NCBI GenBank assembly: GCA_905196345.1
Contig: CAJJVD010000003.1
Coordinates: 770 to 64,769 of the forward strand
Direction: 5' to 3'
Length of the DNA stretch: 64,000 nt
Source: an uncultured Lachnospiraceae bacterium
GTDB taxonomy: Bacteria; Bacillota; Clostridia; Lachnospirales; Lachnospiraceae
The position numbers were made by a program, and so were the translations under genes. This document shows positions 52,587-61,494 of this stretch, piece after piece. Position 1 is the stretch's first letter; the number at the start of each line of letters is the position of its first letter. The notes below the pieces were generated by a model. That model did not search any database. It had not been told where the DNA came from and saw only the letters and a program-made list of their open reading frames with translations.

Positions 52587-52760
52587 TAAAAGGGAGTAAT
52601 TGGCACCGGATTATGATTTGGATAATAAGGTGTGCACGATGTCGTCAGTACGATGGCAGTAGTCATCCGTATCGTGATTAAACAGTGAGACTTTTATTGC
52701 ATCATGAGTTGTGTGCAATAGAAGGCTCATTTTTTATTGTAAAAAATACCATTCATTGCA
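52587..52760 (+). ncRNA. Candidate yybP-ykoY (Mn2+) riboswitch with a terminator-like expression platform
   Basis: 5' AAAGGGAGUA ... 3' GUGAGACUUUU resembles the conserved P1/L1 and L3 blocks of the Mn2+ riboswitch as recalled from memory; 200-nt leader; sits upstream of a cation P-type ATPase, a classic yybP-ykoY target. Confidence 0.4.
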
Positions 52761-52784
52761 TCCAGAAGAATAGGAGGAAAGAAT

Positions 52785-55400
52785 ATGAGTGAATTTTATC
52801 AAATGTCTGCGGAAGAAGTAAAGCAACAGATCAATGGAACTTTGGAACCGCTGACTGAAGAGCAGGTTCGGGCACATCAGGAAAAATATGGACCGAACGA
52901 ACTGGTAGAAGGGAAGAAGAAAACAACTCTTCAGATTTTTTTAGAGCAGTTTAAAGATTTTTTGGTTATTATTTTGATTTGTGCTGCAGTAGTATCCGGA
53001 TTTTTAGGAGATGCAGAAAGTACGATCGTAATTTTAATTGTTATTACAATTAATGCAATTTTGGGAACTGTACAGACAGTGAAAGCAGAACAATCTTTGG
53101 ATAGTCTGAAAAAACTTTCAGGTCCAGAGGCAAAAGTGCTGCGAGGTGGTTCTGTAGTACCGGTTCCGTCTTCAGAAGTAACGGTTGGAGATATTGTGAT
53201 GTTGGATGCCGGAGATTATATCCCAGCAGACGGACGTATTTTGGAATGCGCGAGCTTGAAGGTTGATGAGAGCGCACTGACCGGTGAAAGTCTTGGTGTA
53301 GAGAAAAATATAGATACAATCGGAAAAGAAGTACCTTTGGGCGACCGGGTAAATATGGTTTATTCCGGAAGTTTTGTAACTTACGGACGTGCATCCTTCC
53401 TTGTAACAGGCGTAGGAATGGAGACAGAGGTTGGTAAGATTGCGAGCTTGTTAAAGACAACTTCTGAAAAACGAACACCATTACAGATTAACTTAGATCA
53501 GTTTGGACAGAAATTGTCAATTATTATCTTAGTATTCTGTGGAATCTTATTTGGGGTAAACGTTCTAAGAGGCGGCAATATCGGAGATGCATTCCTATTT
53601 GCAGTAGCACTTGCAGTTGCAGCAATTCCGGAGGCACTTAGTTCTATCGTAACGATTGTTTTATCTTTCGGTACACAGAAGATGGCGAAAGAACATGCAA
53701 TTATCCGTAAGTTACAGGCGGTAGAAGGTCTGGGAAGTGTATCCATTATTTGTTCCGATAAGACCGGTACATTGACACAGAATAAGATGACAGTAGAAGA
53801 TTATTATGTAAATGATACAAGAATCCCGGTAGATGCGATTGATTTAAAAGATCAGGATGTGAATTTCTTACTTCTTTCCAGTATCTTGTGTAATGACTCT
53901 ACAAATGTAGATGGCGTGGAAATTGGTGATCCGACAGAGACTTGTTTGATTAATTTGGGAAGTAAGTTAGGTCTGTATGCACAGCAGGTTCGGGAACAGT
54001 ATCCGCGTGAAAGCGAGAACCCATTTGACAGTGATAGAAAATTAATGTCTACAAAGCATACAATCAATGGCATGCCGATGATGATTGTCAAAGGTGCGGT
54101 AGACGTATTGCTTGAAAGAATGACAAAAATCCGTATCAACGGTGAGGTTCGACCGATCACAGCAGAAGATCGGAAATTGATTGAGGCACAGAATCAGGAG
54201 TTCTCCAGAGAAGGTCTTCGTGTACTTGGTTTTGCATATAAAGAAGTGGCAGATGATTTGGAATTAAGTATTGAAGATGAGCAGGATCTTATTTTTATTG
54301 GTTTGATCGATATGATGGATCCGCCGAGAGAAGAATCCAAACAGGCGGTTGCAGAGTGTAAACGTGCCGGAATCCGTCCGATTATGATTACCGGCGATCA
54401 CAAGGTAACAGCAGCTGCAATTGCAAAACGTATTGGTATTCTTCAAGATGAGTCAGAGGCATGTGAAGGCGCTGAAATCGATTCATTGTCTGATGAAGAA
54501 CTGAAAGATTTTGTAGAAGGAATTTCCGTATATGCACGTGTGTCACCGGAACATAAGATTCGAATTGTACGTGCATGGCAGGAAAAAGGAAATATTGTTT
54601 CCATGACAGGTGATGGTGTCAATGATGCTCCGGCATTGAAACAGGCAGATATCGGTGTAGCAATGGGAATTACCGGAAGTGAAGTATCCAAAGATGCTGC
54701 ATCCATGGTATTGACAGATGATAATTTTGCAACCATTGTAAAGGCAGTTGAAAATGGACGAAATGTATACCGTAATATTAAGAACTCTATTCAGTTCTTG
54801 TTATCTGGTAACTTTGGTGCGATTCTGGCAGTATTATATGCCTCAATTGCAGGATTGCCGGTTCCGTTTGCTCCGGTACATTTGTTGTTCATCAATCTAT
54901 TGACAGATAGTTTGCCGGCGATTGCGTTGGGATTGGAACCGCATTCTAAAGATGTAATGGATGAAAAACCACGTCCGATGAATGAGTCAATTTTGACAAA
55001 AGATTTCCTGACCAAGATCGGAACAGAAGGTTTGTCAATCGGAATTACAACAATGATTGCATTTATGATTGGATACAAAGGCGGAAATGCAGTTCTTGCC
55101 AGCACAATGGCATTTGGAACACTTTGTACTGCACGTCTGGTACATGGATTTAACTGCAAAGAAGATAAACCTGTTATTTTTACAAACAAATTCTTCAATA
55201 ATATTTATTTGATCGGTGCATTCTTGATCGGATTTGTACTGATTACCTGCGTGATGACTGTGCCGTTCCTGCAGGGAATGTTTAAAGTACAGACATTAAC
55301 GTTAACACAACTTTTGATCGTATATGGACTCGCAGCAGCAAACCTGCCGATTATCCAGTTAATGAAAGCTGTGAAACAAGCATTTAAAAAGAAAAAATAA
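52785..55400 (+). CDS. P-type cation-transporting ATPase (P2A, Ca2+/Mn2+-type)
   Basis: DKTGTLT phosphorylation site, TGES actuator motif, GDGVNDAPAL hinge, 10 TM; 871 aa. Confidence 0.9.
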   Translation: MSEFYQMSAEEVKQQINGTLEPLTEEQVRAHQEKYGPNELVEGKKKTTLQIFLEQFKDFLVIILICAAVVSGFLGDAESTIVILIVITINAILGTVQTVKAEQSLDSLKKLSGPEAKVLRGGSVVPVPSSEVTVGDIVMLDAGDYIPADGRILECASLKVDESALTGESLGVEKNIDTIGKEVPLGDRVNMVYSGSFVTYGRASFLVTGVGMETEVGKIASLLKTTSEKRTPLQINLDQFGQKLSIIILVFCGILFGVNVLRGGNIGDAFLFAVALAVAAIPEALSSIVTIVLSFGTQKMAKEHAIIRKLQAVEGLGSVSIICSDKTGTLTQNKMTVEDYYVNDTRIPVDAIDLKDQDVNFLLLSSILCNDSTNVDGVEIGDPTETCLINLGSKLGLYAQQVREQYPRESENPFDSDRKLMSTKHTINGMPMMIVKGAVDVLLERMTKIRINGEVRPITAEDRKLIEAQNQEFSREGLRVLGFAYKEVADDLELSIEDEQDLIFIGLIDMMDPPREESKQAVAECKRAGIRPIMITGDHKVTAAAIAKRIGILQDESEACEGAEIDSLSDEELKDFVEGISVYARVSPEHKIRIVRAWQEKGNIVSMTGDGVNDAPALKQADIGVAMGITGSEVSKDAASMVLTDDNFATIVKAVENGRNVYRNIKNSIQFLLSGNFGAILAVLYASIAGLPVPFAPVHLLFINLLTDSLPAIALGLEPHSKDVMDEKPRPMNESILTKDFLTKIGTEGLSIGITTMIAFMIGYKGGNAVLASTMAFGTLCTARLVHGFNCKEDKPVIFTNKFFNNIYLIGAFLIGFVLITCVMTVPFLQGMFKVQTLTLTQLLIVYGLAAANLPIIQLMKAVKQAFKKKK

Positions 55401-55416
55401 TTTTGTATAAATAATC

Positions 55417-55466
55417 AAAAAACAGCAATTTTTCTGAAGTAAAGATCAGAAAGATTGCTGTTTTTG
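55417..55466. terminator. Bidirectional terminator between the convergent ATPase (+) and gatD (-)
   Basis: AAAAAACAGCAAT...ATTGCTGTTTTT with A/T runs on both sides. Confidence 0.65.
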
Positions 55467-55470
55467 CGTT

Positions 55471-56235
55471 TTAGGTATATCTTTTGATTGTTTCTTTCAA
55501 TACATATTTCTTATCGCTGTAGCGGTCTACGATGCAGCTGTTGGCTTTGTGTTCCAATTCATCCGGCAAAGGTTCTAAAGTAACGTTATCTCCGTATTTG
55601 CGTTTTAACGCGCGCTCCAACAGATAATCACATACGTGGGGGTTCTTTGGAAGGAGTGGTCCATGCAGGTAGGTTGCGATTACATTCTTGTATACAACGC
55701 CCTCATAACCGGATTTTCCGGTATTGCCAAGTCCAAAGAAGACTTTTCCAAATGGTGTATGGTCTCTGATGTAAGTACGTCCGCCATGATTTTCAAAACC
55801 GACAACAGGAGTGTCAAAAAGTGGGGAATTTAAAACAATATTTCGTATTAAACGTTCCGGTTCCCACTCAGTTGTAATATTTAAGATTCCCAGACCTTCA
55901 ATTAACTTATCTTTTGTTTTGTAGGATTTTCCGAGAAGTTGGTAACCGCCGCATACTGCGAGGACAACTCCGTTATTTTCTACATAATCTTTAAAATCGT
56001 CTTTAATTTCCAATAAATATTTACAAACAAGTTCTTGCTCCCGGTCAGAACCGCCGCCAAGTAATACAATATCCAGTTTCGAAAAATCGATTTTATCACC
56101 GGAAAGAAAAGGGATGACTTCTGCCTCCATTCCGCGCCATTCCAGACGTTTCCGGAAACACTGGATATTGCCTCGGTCGCCGTAGAGGTTCAAAAGGTCC
56201 GGATACAAATGTCCGATTGTTAATTTCATACTCAT
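55471..56235 (-). CDS. gatD: Lipid II isoglutaminyl synthase, glutamine amidotransferase subunit GatD (CobQ/CobB-type GATase)
   Basis: GATase1-like domain immediately downstream of murT. Confidence 0.75.
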   Translation of the reverse strand: MSMKLTIGHLYPDLLNLYGDRGNIQCFRKRLEWRGMEAEVIPFLSGDKIDFSKLDIVLLGGGSDREQELVCKYLLEIKDDFKDYVENNGVVLAVCGGYQLLGKSYKTKDKLIEGLGILNITTEWEPERLIRNIVLNSPLFDTPVVGFENHGGRTYIRDHTPFGKVFFGLGNTGKSGYEGVVYKNVIATYLHGPLLPKNPHVCDYLLERALKRKYGDNVTLEPLPDELEHKANSCIVDRYSDKKYVLKETIKRYT

Positions 56236-56238
56236 ACC

Positions 56239-57585
56239 TTAGTTCCCTCCTTTCTGTAACTCACTCAGCATATGATTGGTCCGGTATAAACCGGAATAGT
56301 TTACAATTACATATAGATTCTTTGTGCCGTTTGTTGTCAGATCAATAACCGATTGCTTTAAATCTGTTGTAGAATCACAAGAAATATCTTCGTATTTCAG
56401 GCGAAGTCCCATATCATGCCGCCGGGTTCCGTTGGTGAGGATTGTACTTACATTGGCATCCGCCAGATACTGGAAGTCTACATCCCAGAGCCAGGAAACA
56501 TCTTCGCCATCCTGATAAGTGTCATTAATCTGAATGATGACATCCTTTGGATTTGGATCTTTCAGTACGAGAGAGATCTTCTGCTGGAAACCGATTGGAT
56601 TTTTTGCCAGATGGAGCTGGACACGTGCGCCATTGATGGTGTAAATATCCTCCCGGTTATTGCCGTAATCAAAGGATTCGATTGTTGATTTAAAACGCTC
56701 TGTAGGTGCCTCCATTGCACAAAGTGCAGCGTATGCAGAAAGTGTATTGTATATATTATATGGAGTACGAGATGAGGAATCAATTTTTACGCCGTCAATT
56801 GTAAAGGAATAGACTTCGTTGTGGAAAATAATGTCAGTGGCAGTATAATCCGGTTCAGGTCTTTTCATCCCACAATTCGGGCAATGATAGATTCCCAATT
56901 GTCCATAATGGAAGAAATCATATTCTAATTTTTTTCCACAGGAACGGCAGAAAATACTTTCCCGAATCTCAGAACGGGAAATATCATCGAAGATTTGTTC
57001 ACTGATTCCGTAAGTAACAAATGGATTCTTTCCCTCAGAGGCAAGTGAATAGGAAAGAACATCATCACAATTGATAATGAGTTTTGTATTCGGGGAGCTA
57101 TGAAAGGCATCCCGAACAGCGTTATATGTGATGTCAACTTCGCCAAAACGATCCAACTGATCCCGACAAATGTTAGTCAGCAGTGCACAATCAGGCTGTA
57201 GTTGCGGCAATACCTTCAGAGAGGCAAATTCATCCACTTCAATGCAGGCGTAATCAGCATCCAGATTCCCTTTTTTGTCAGTAGAAAGTACAAAAGCAGA
57301 AATAATTCCGTTTAACATATTAGCGCCGGTACGGTTGATGATGACTTCTTTCCCTTCTGCTGCCAGTGCATGGTACAAAATACTGTTTGTTGTTGTTTTT
57401 CCATTTGTTCCCATAGTAACGATTGTTTTTTCACGCACCATGTCAGACATCGTACTTAAAATCTTAGGATCAATGATACGTGCAACGTAACCTGGAAGGG
57501 TAACGCCACTTCCCCGGTTCATTTTTTTAATCAGTGTGCTTGTCATTTTCGCACATTTAATAGCAAGTTTACTTCTTAATCTCAT
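56239..57585 (-). CDS. murT: Lipid II isoglutaminyl synthase, Mur-ligase-like subunit MurT
   Basis: Mur ligase central domain (GTNGKTTT), Cys4 zinc ribbon (CRSCG...CPNCG), DUF1727 C-terminus. Confidence 0.8.
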   Translation of the reverse strand: MRLRSKLAIKCAKMTSTLIKKMNRGSGVTLPGYVARIIDPKILSTMSDMVREKTIVTMGTNGKTTTNSILYHALAAEGKEVIINRTGANMLNGIISAFVLSTDKKGNLDADYACIEVDEFASLKVLPQLQPDCALLTNICRDQLDRFGEVDITYNAVRDAFHSSPNTKLIINCDDVLSYSLASEGKNPFVTYGISEQIFDDISRSEIRESIFCRSCGKKLEYDFFHYGQLGIYHCPNCGMKRPEPDYTATDIIFHNEVYSFTIDGVKIDSSSRTPYNIYNTLSAYAALCAMEAPTERFKSTIESFDYGNNREDIYTINGARVQLHLAKNPIGFQQKISLVLKDPNPKDVIIQINDTYQDGEDVSWLWDVDFQYLADANVSTILTNGTRRHDMGLRLKYEDISCDSTTDLKQSVIDLTTNGTKNLYVIVNYSGLYRTNHMLSELQKGGN

Positions 57586-57795
57586 GTGTTTTACTCTTTT
57601 ACTTTCTTTAATATTATTGAATGAAAATATATAAATAGTATTTGAAATACCTGTATTATTATAAGTGATATCTGGTAATAAAACAAGAAATATATCATTT
57701 TTTACTATGAGTAAATATTTCTACATGTTATACTAATCATACTGAGATCTGTTAGAATAAATACTGTGGGATAGATAGAAAAGGAGTATATGAAT

Positions 57796-57900
57796 ATGAG
57801 TAAAATTAAGGATGAGGCAAGAAAACGCGGTTTGGATCCCAATGAGTTTTCCAGTGCGGCAATCAGACGGTGTGGTCTGGCACAAGGGAAAATCTTGTGA
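57796..57900 (+). CDS. Small hypothetical protein (34 aa), basic C-terminus
   Basis: AAGGAG RBS 9 nt upstream of the ATG; MSKIKDEARKRGLDPNEFSSAAIRRCGLAQGKIL; no recognisable family. Confidence 0.3.
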   Translation: MSKIKDEARKRGLDPNEFSSAAIRRCGLAQGKIL

Positions 57901-58052
57901 AAAAGGGAAAAACAACCAGTTTGAAGGGGTTAAAAAAGACGTTGTTTACAAAGCAGGCACAATGGGTGTTCGAAATGAAGGTAGTGGAGAGTACGGATGA
58001 AGACATAAAAAATAACAGTTATAACAATTATAAGAATCGGAGGAAAATAAAA

Positions 58053-59021
58053 ATGAGCAGAAAAATTAAATGGGGCGTGCTGGGAACAGCCAATATTGCA
58101 AGAAAGTGTACAATTCCGGGAATGAAAAAGGCAAAGAATTGTCAGCTCTATGGAATTGCAGGACGTAATAAAGAAAAAGTAGATCAGTTTCAGGAAGAAT
58201 TTGGGTTTGAAAAGGCCTATTACTCTTTGGAGGAGATGCTGGATGATCCGGAAATAGAGGCAGTATATATTCCACTTCCAAATACGCTGCATAAGGAGTG
58301 GGTACTCAAAGCAGCAGCGAAAGGAAAGCATATTTTATGTGAGAAACCATTGTCCGGAACGGAAAAAGATGTCAGAGAAATGATTGAAGGATGTGAAAAA
58401 GCAGGCGTTGTATTTATGGAGGCATTTGCATATTTACATAGTCCGCTGGTTACTTCTGTAAAGGAAACTTTGAAGTCCGGCGTAATTGGAAAACTTTCTT
58501 TTATGGAATCTATTTTTATTACTCCGGGATATACTGCAGAAAACATCCGGGTTCGTCGAGATACACTGGGCGGTTCTATCTATGACCTGGGATGTTACTG
58601 TACAAGCCTGATGCTTACACTTTTTGAAGAAGAGCCAAAAGAAGTAAAGGCAGTGGGACATTTTACAGAACAGCACATTGATGATTTTGCATCGGCATAT
58701 TTCCATTTCGATGATGAGCGTAGGGCGTGTATGGTATCCGGAATGTGTTCCGCACAGCGAGGCGATCGTTTCTACCTTTATGGAACAGAGGGAACCATGG
58801 AAGTACCGGTGTCATTCAATGCAGATGGGGAATTGCATTATTATGTAAAAAAGGGCGATACTTGTCAGGAAATCAAAGTGGATGCACCGGATAACTATTG
58901 TCTGGAAGTAGAACAATTAGGGGAATGTATTCTTGAAGGTGCAGCTCCTCATGTGGCACATGAATTTTCTTTACAAAATGCACGTGTAATGGATAAAATA
59001 TTAAATGAAATCGGATATTAA
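58053..59021 (+). CDS. Gfo/Idh/MocA family NAD(P)-dependent oxidoreductase
   Basis: N-terminal Rossmann GVLGTANIA; EKP motif; C-terminal alpha/beta domain; GGAGG RBS; track ORF has a 61-aa upstream extension. Confidence 0.8.
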   Translation: MSRKIKWGVLGTANIARKCTIPGMKKAKNCQLYGIAGRNKEKVDQFQEEFGFEKAYYSLEEMLDDPEIEAVYIPLPNTLHKEWVLKAAAKGKHILCEKPLSGTEKDVREMIEGCEKAGVVFMEAFAYLHSPLVTSVKETLKSGVIGKLSFMESIFITPGYTAENIRVRRDTLGGSIYDLGCYCTSLMLTLFEEEPKEVKAVGHFTEQHIDDFASAYFHFDDERRACMVSGMCSAQRGDRFYLYGTEGTMEVPVSFNADGELHYYVKKGDTCQEIKVDAPDNYCLEVEQLGECILEGAAPHVAHEFSLQNARVMDKILNEIGY

Positions 59022-59035
59022 AAGGAGTATAGAGG

Positions 59036-59749
59036 ATGGATGTGAAATCAATTCGTATGGATTGTACGAGAACAGAATTTGTAGGGACTGCGGTTCTTGA
59101 TACCATCGGACTTGTGATTCCGGGAGTCGATGATACTTTATTGGATAAAATGAATGTGGGAAAGAAGTACCATGCTCTTGGTTTGTTCAGTTCCAGAACC
59201 GGAGCGGCAGGTCAGTTTACCGCATTGGATGATGCTGTGAAGGCGACAAACACAGAGGTGTTAAGTATTGAACTACCGAGAGATACAAAAGGCTGGGGCG
59301 GCCATGGAAATTATGTGGTGCTTGGCGGAAATGATGTATCAGATGTACGGGATGCCATTCAGATGGCATTGGATCTGACCAATAAATATGCAGGAGAATT
59401 ATATATCAGTGAAGCCGGTCATCTGGAATTTGCTTATTCCGCAAGTGCGGGAGATGTTTTGCAGAAAGCCTTTGGAGCGAAAAAAGACAAAGCGTTTGGA
59501 TTCCTTGCAGGGTCGCCTGCTGCCATTGGATTGGTTATGGCAGATACTGCCGTGAAAGCATCAAATGTTGAAATCATAAATTACATGACACCGGACAAAG
59601 GAACCAGTCATTCGAATGAAGTGATCTTGGCATTTTCCGGAGATGCAAGCGCAGTAAAAGCGGCTGTTTTGGAGGCAAGACAGATTGGATTAGAACTGCT
59701 TATTGCGATGGGAAGTTACCCTGAGATACCGGGAACACCATATTTGTGA
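59036..59749 (+). CDS. PduB-like tandem-BMC-domain (BMC-T) microcompartment shell protein
   Basis: From recall, collinear with Salmonella PduB (EFVGTA..DT.GLVI..VD..LLD ... DEAVKATNTEV.SIELPRDTKG..GHG....GGNDVSDV ... GFLAGSPAAIGLVMADTA.K..NVE); 14 nt after the oxidoreductase gene. Confidence 0.75.
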   Translation: MDVKSIRMDCTRTEFVGTAVLDTIGLVIPGVDDTLLDKMNVGKKYHALGLFSSRTGAAGQFTALDDAVKATNTEVLSIELPRDTKGWGGHGNYVVLGGNDVSDVRDAIQMALDLTNKYAGELYISEAGHLEFAYSASAGDVLQKAFGAKKDKAFGFLAGSPAAIGLVMADTAVKASNVEIINYMTPDKGTSHSNEVILAFSGDASAVKAAVLEARQIGLELLIAMGSYPEIPGTPYL

Positions 59750-59801
59750 GTGGCGAAGTAAAATAAATGAAGTTTGTATTAGTATATTGAGGTGGAGCGA
59801 A

Positions 59802-60800
59802 ATGCCAAAGGGAATGAATCAGAAATTCAAGTTGTACCGTCTTGCGGAAATTATGTTGGAAATGACAGACGAGGAACACTATATTACAATGCCGGAAATT
59901 CTAACTGCTCTTGAGCAATATGAGATACACGCAGATCGTAAGACAATTTATAATGACTTAAGAGATTTGGAAGTATTAGGGATTGAAGTAGAGGGCGAGG
60001 CAGTGGGAAAAGGGTATCATTATCATGTTGTAAATCGTCCATTTGAACTTCCGGAATTAAAACTTTTGGTAGATGCAATTCAGTCCTCAAAATTTATTAC
60101 AGAGAGAAAAACGAATACTTTGATTAAAAAGCTGGAAAAACTGTTGAGTAAATATGAGGCGATGCAGTTGCAGCGACAAGTATTTGTAACCGGAAGAATT
60201 AAGACAATGAATGAAAGCATTTATTATACTGTAGATGCAATTCATAATGCAATTTCCGAGAATCGGAAAATCTATTTCCATTATTTTCAGTGGAATGTAA
60301 AGAAGGAGATGGAACTTCGCAGAGGCGGGGAGTATTATCATATTAGTCCATGGGGGCTTTCATGGGATGATGAGAATTACTATCTCATAGGTTACGATTC
60401 TGAAACAGAACAGATCAAGCATTATCGAGTGGATAAGATGCTCCATATTCAGATGTCAGAGGAAAAAAGAGAAGGAAAAGAACATTTCAAAAAACTAGAT
60501 TTGGCAGAGTATGCGAAAAAGAGTTTTGGGATGTTCCGAGGAGAAGAATATCAAGTAAAACTGCGGGTGGAAAATCATTTGGCAGGAGTTATTATAGACC
60601 GTTTCGGAAAAGATGTGATGATGATTCCGGTAGATGAGGAACATTTTACAGTAAATGTGAATGTACATGTCAGCAAACAATTTCTGGCATGGGTAATTTC
60701 TATCGGAGAGGGAATTGAAATTCTTTCTCCGGAAGAAGTGGTACAGAATATGCGGAGGGAGATAGAACGATTAAATCGACAGTATCACATAGAAAAATAA
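59802..60800 (+). CDS. HTH-WYL-WCX domain transcriptional regulator
   Basis: N-terminal winged HTH (YRLAEIMLEM), central WYL domain (EYYHISPWGLSWDDENYYLIGYD), C-terminal WCX-like domain. Confidence 0.75.
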   Translation: MPKGMNQKFKLYRLAEIMLEMTDEEHYITMPEILTALEQYEIHADRKTIYNDLRDLEVLGIEVEGEAVGKGYHYHVVNRPFELPELKLLVDAIQSSKFITERKTNTLIKKLEKLLSKYEAMQLQRQVFVTGRIKTMNESIYYTVDAIHNAISENRKIYFHYFQWNVKKEMELRRGGEYYHISPWGLSWDDENYYLIGYDSETEQIKHYRVDKMLHIQMSEEKREGKEHFKKLDLAEYAKKSFGMFRGEEYQVKLRVENHLAGVIIDRFGKDVMMIPVDEEHFTVNVNVHVSKQFLAWVISIGEGIEILSPEEVVQNMRREIERLNRQYHIEK

Positions 60801-60848
60801 TAGAGCATATTAAAAAGAGAATATTATAAAAGTTAAGGAGGAGAAATT

Positions 60849-61493
60849 TTGGAGTTTTGGAAAGAGGTCTTTTCTCTCTATGCAGAGCGGAAAGATTGGT
60901 TTGTTCAGTTGATTCTGGAGCATCTGGGGCTGTCTTTGATTGCAATTTGTCTTGCCGGAACAATTGGACTGTTTTTAGGAATTTGGATTTCTGAACATGA
61001 ATGGGCGGCAGCGCCGGTATTGGGGATTGCAAATATCTTCTATACAGTTCCGGCAATTTCATTATTAGGCATGTTGATTCCGCTCTTGGGAATTGGAAAT
61101 ACAACGGCTGTAGCCGCATTAACAATATATGGAATTATGCCAATGGTAAGGAATACTTATGCCGGAATCAAAGGTGTCAGTACAGAAATTATCAGTGCAG
61201 CGGAAGGAATGGGAAGTACCAGATTCCAGATGATGATGAAGATAAAACTACCGTTGGCATTGGGTGTAATTCTCGCGGGAATCCGGAATATGGTGGTGAT
61301 GACCATTTCCGTAGCTGCAATTGCGTCTTTTATTGGCGCAGGCGGTCTTGGTGTTGCAATTTACCGGGGAATTACAATGTACGACACAGCAATGACATTT
61401 GGCGGCAGCTTTTTAATTGCTCTGATTGCTTTAATCAGCGATTGGATTCTGGGGGGATTAGAAAAATATATTAAGAAGAGGAGAAAAATGTAA
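60849..61493 (+). CDS. ABC transporter permease, glycine betaine/choline/carnitine (OpuBB/OpuCB-like)
   Basis: BPD-transporter permease with the EAA-like motif of the osmoprotectant uptake family. Confidence 0.75.
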   Translation: MEFWKEVFSLYAERKDWFVQLILEHLGLSLIAICLAGTIGLFLGIWISEHEWAAAPVLGIANIFYTVPAISLLGMLIPLLGIGNTTAVAALTIYGIMPMVRNTYAGIKGVSTEIISAAEGMGSTRFQMMMKIKLPLALGVILAGIRNMVVMTISVAAIASFIGAGGLGVAIYRGITMYDTAMTFGGSFLIALIALISDWILGGLEKYIKKRRKM

Positions 61494-61494
61494 G

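Noticed and set aside
52587-52760. Other riboswitch classes (SAM, TPP, glycine, cobalamin) for the ATPase leader
   Set aside because: None of their hallmark conserved blocks are present; only the yybP-ykoY-like termini fit, and gene context fits Mn2+
57930-58331. 133-aa minus-strand ORF overlapping the start of the Gfo/Idh/MocA gene
   Set aside because: Antisense to a well-supported CDS, no RBS, and low-complexity Leu/Phe/Ile composition typical of AT-rich shadow frames
59036-59749. Alternative identity for the 237-aa protein as a generic hypothetical or PduL-like enzyme
   Set aside because: Residue-level collinearity with PduB across both BMC domains is far stronger than any similarity to PduL or EutD
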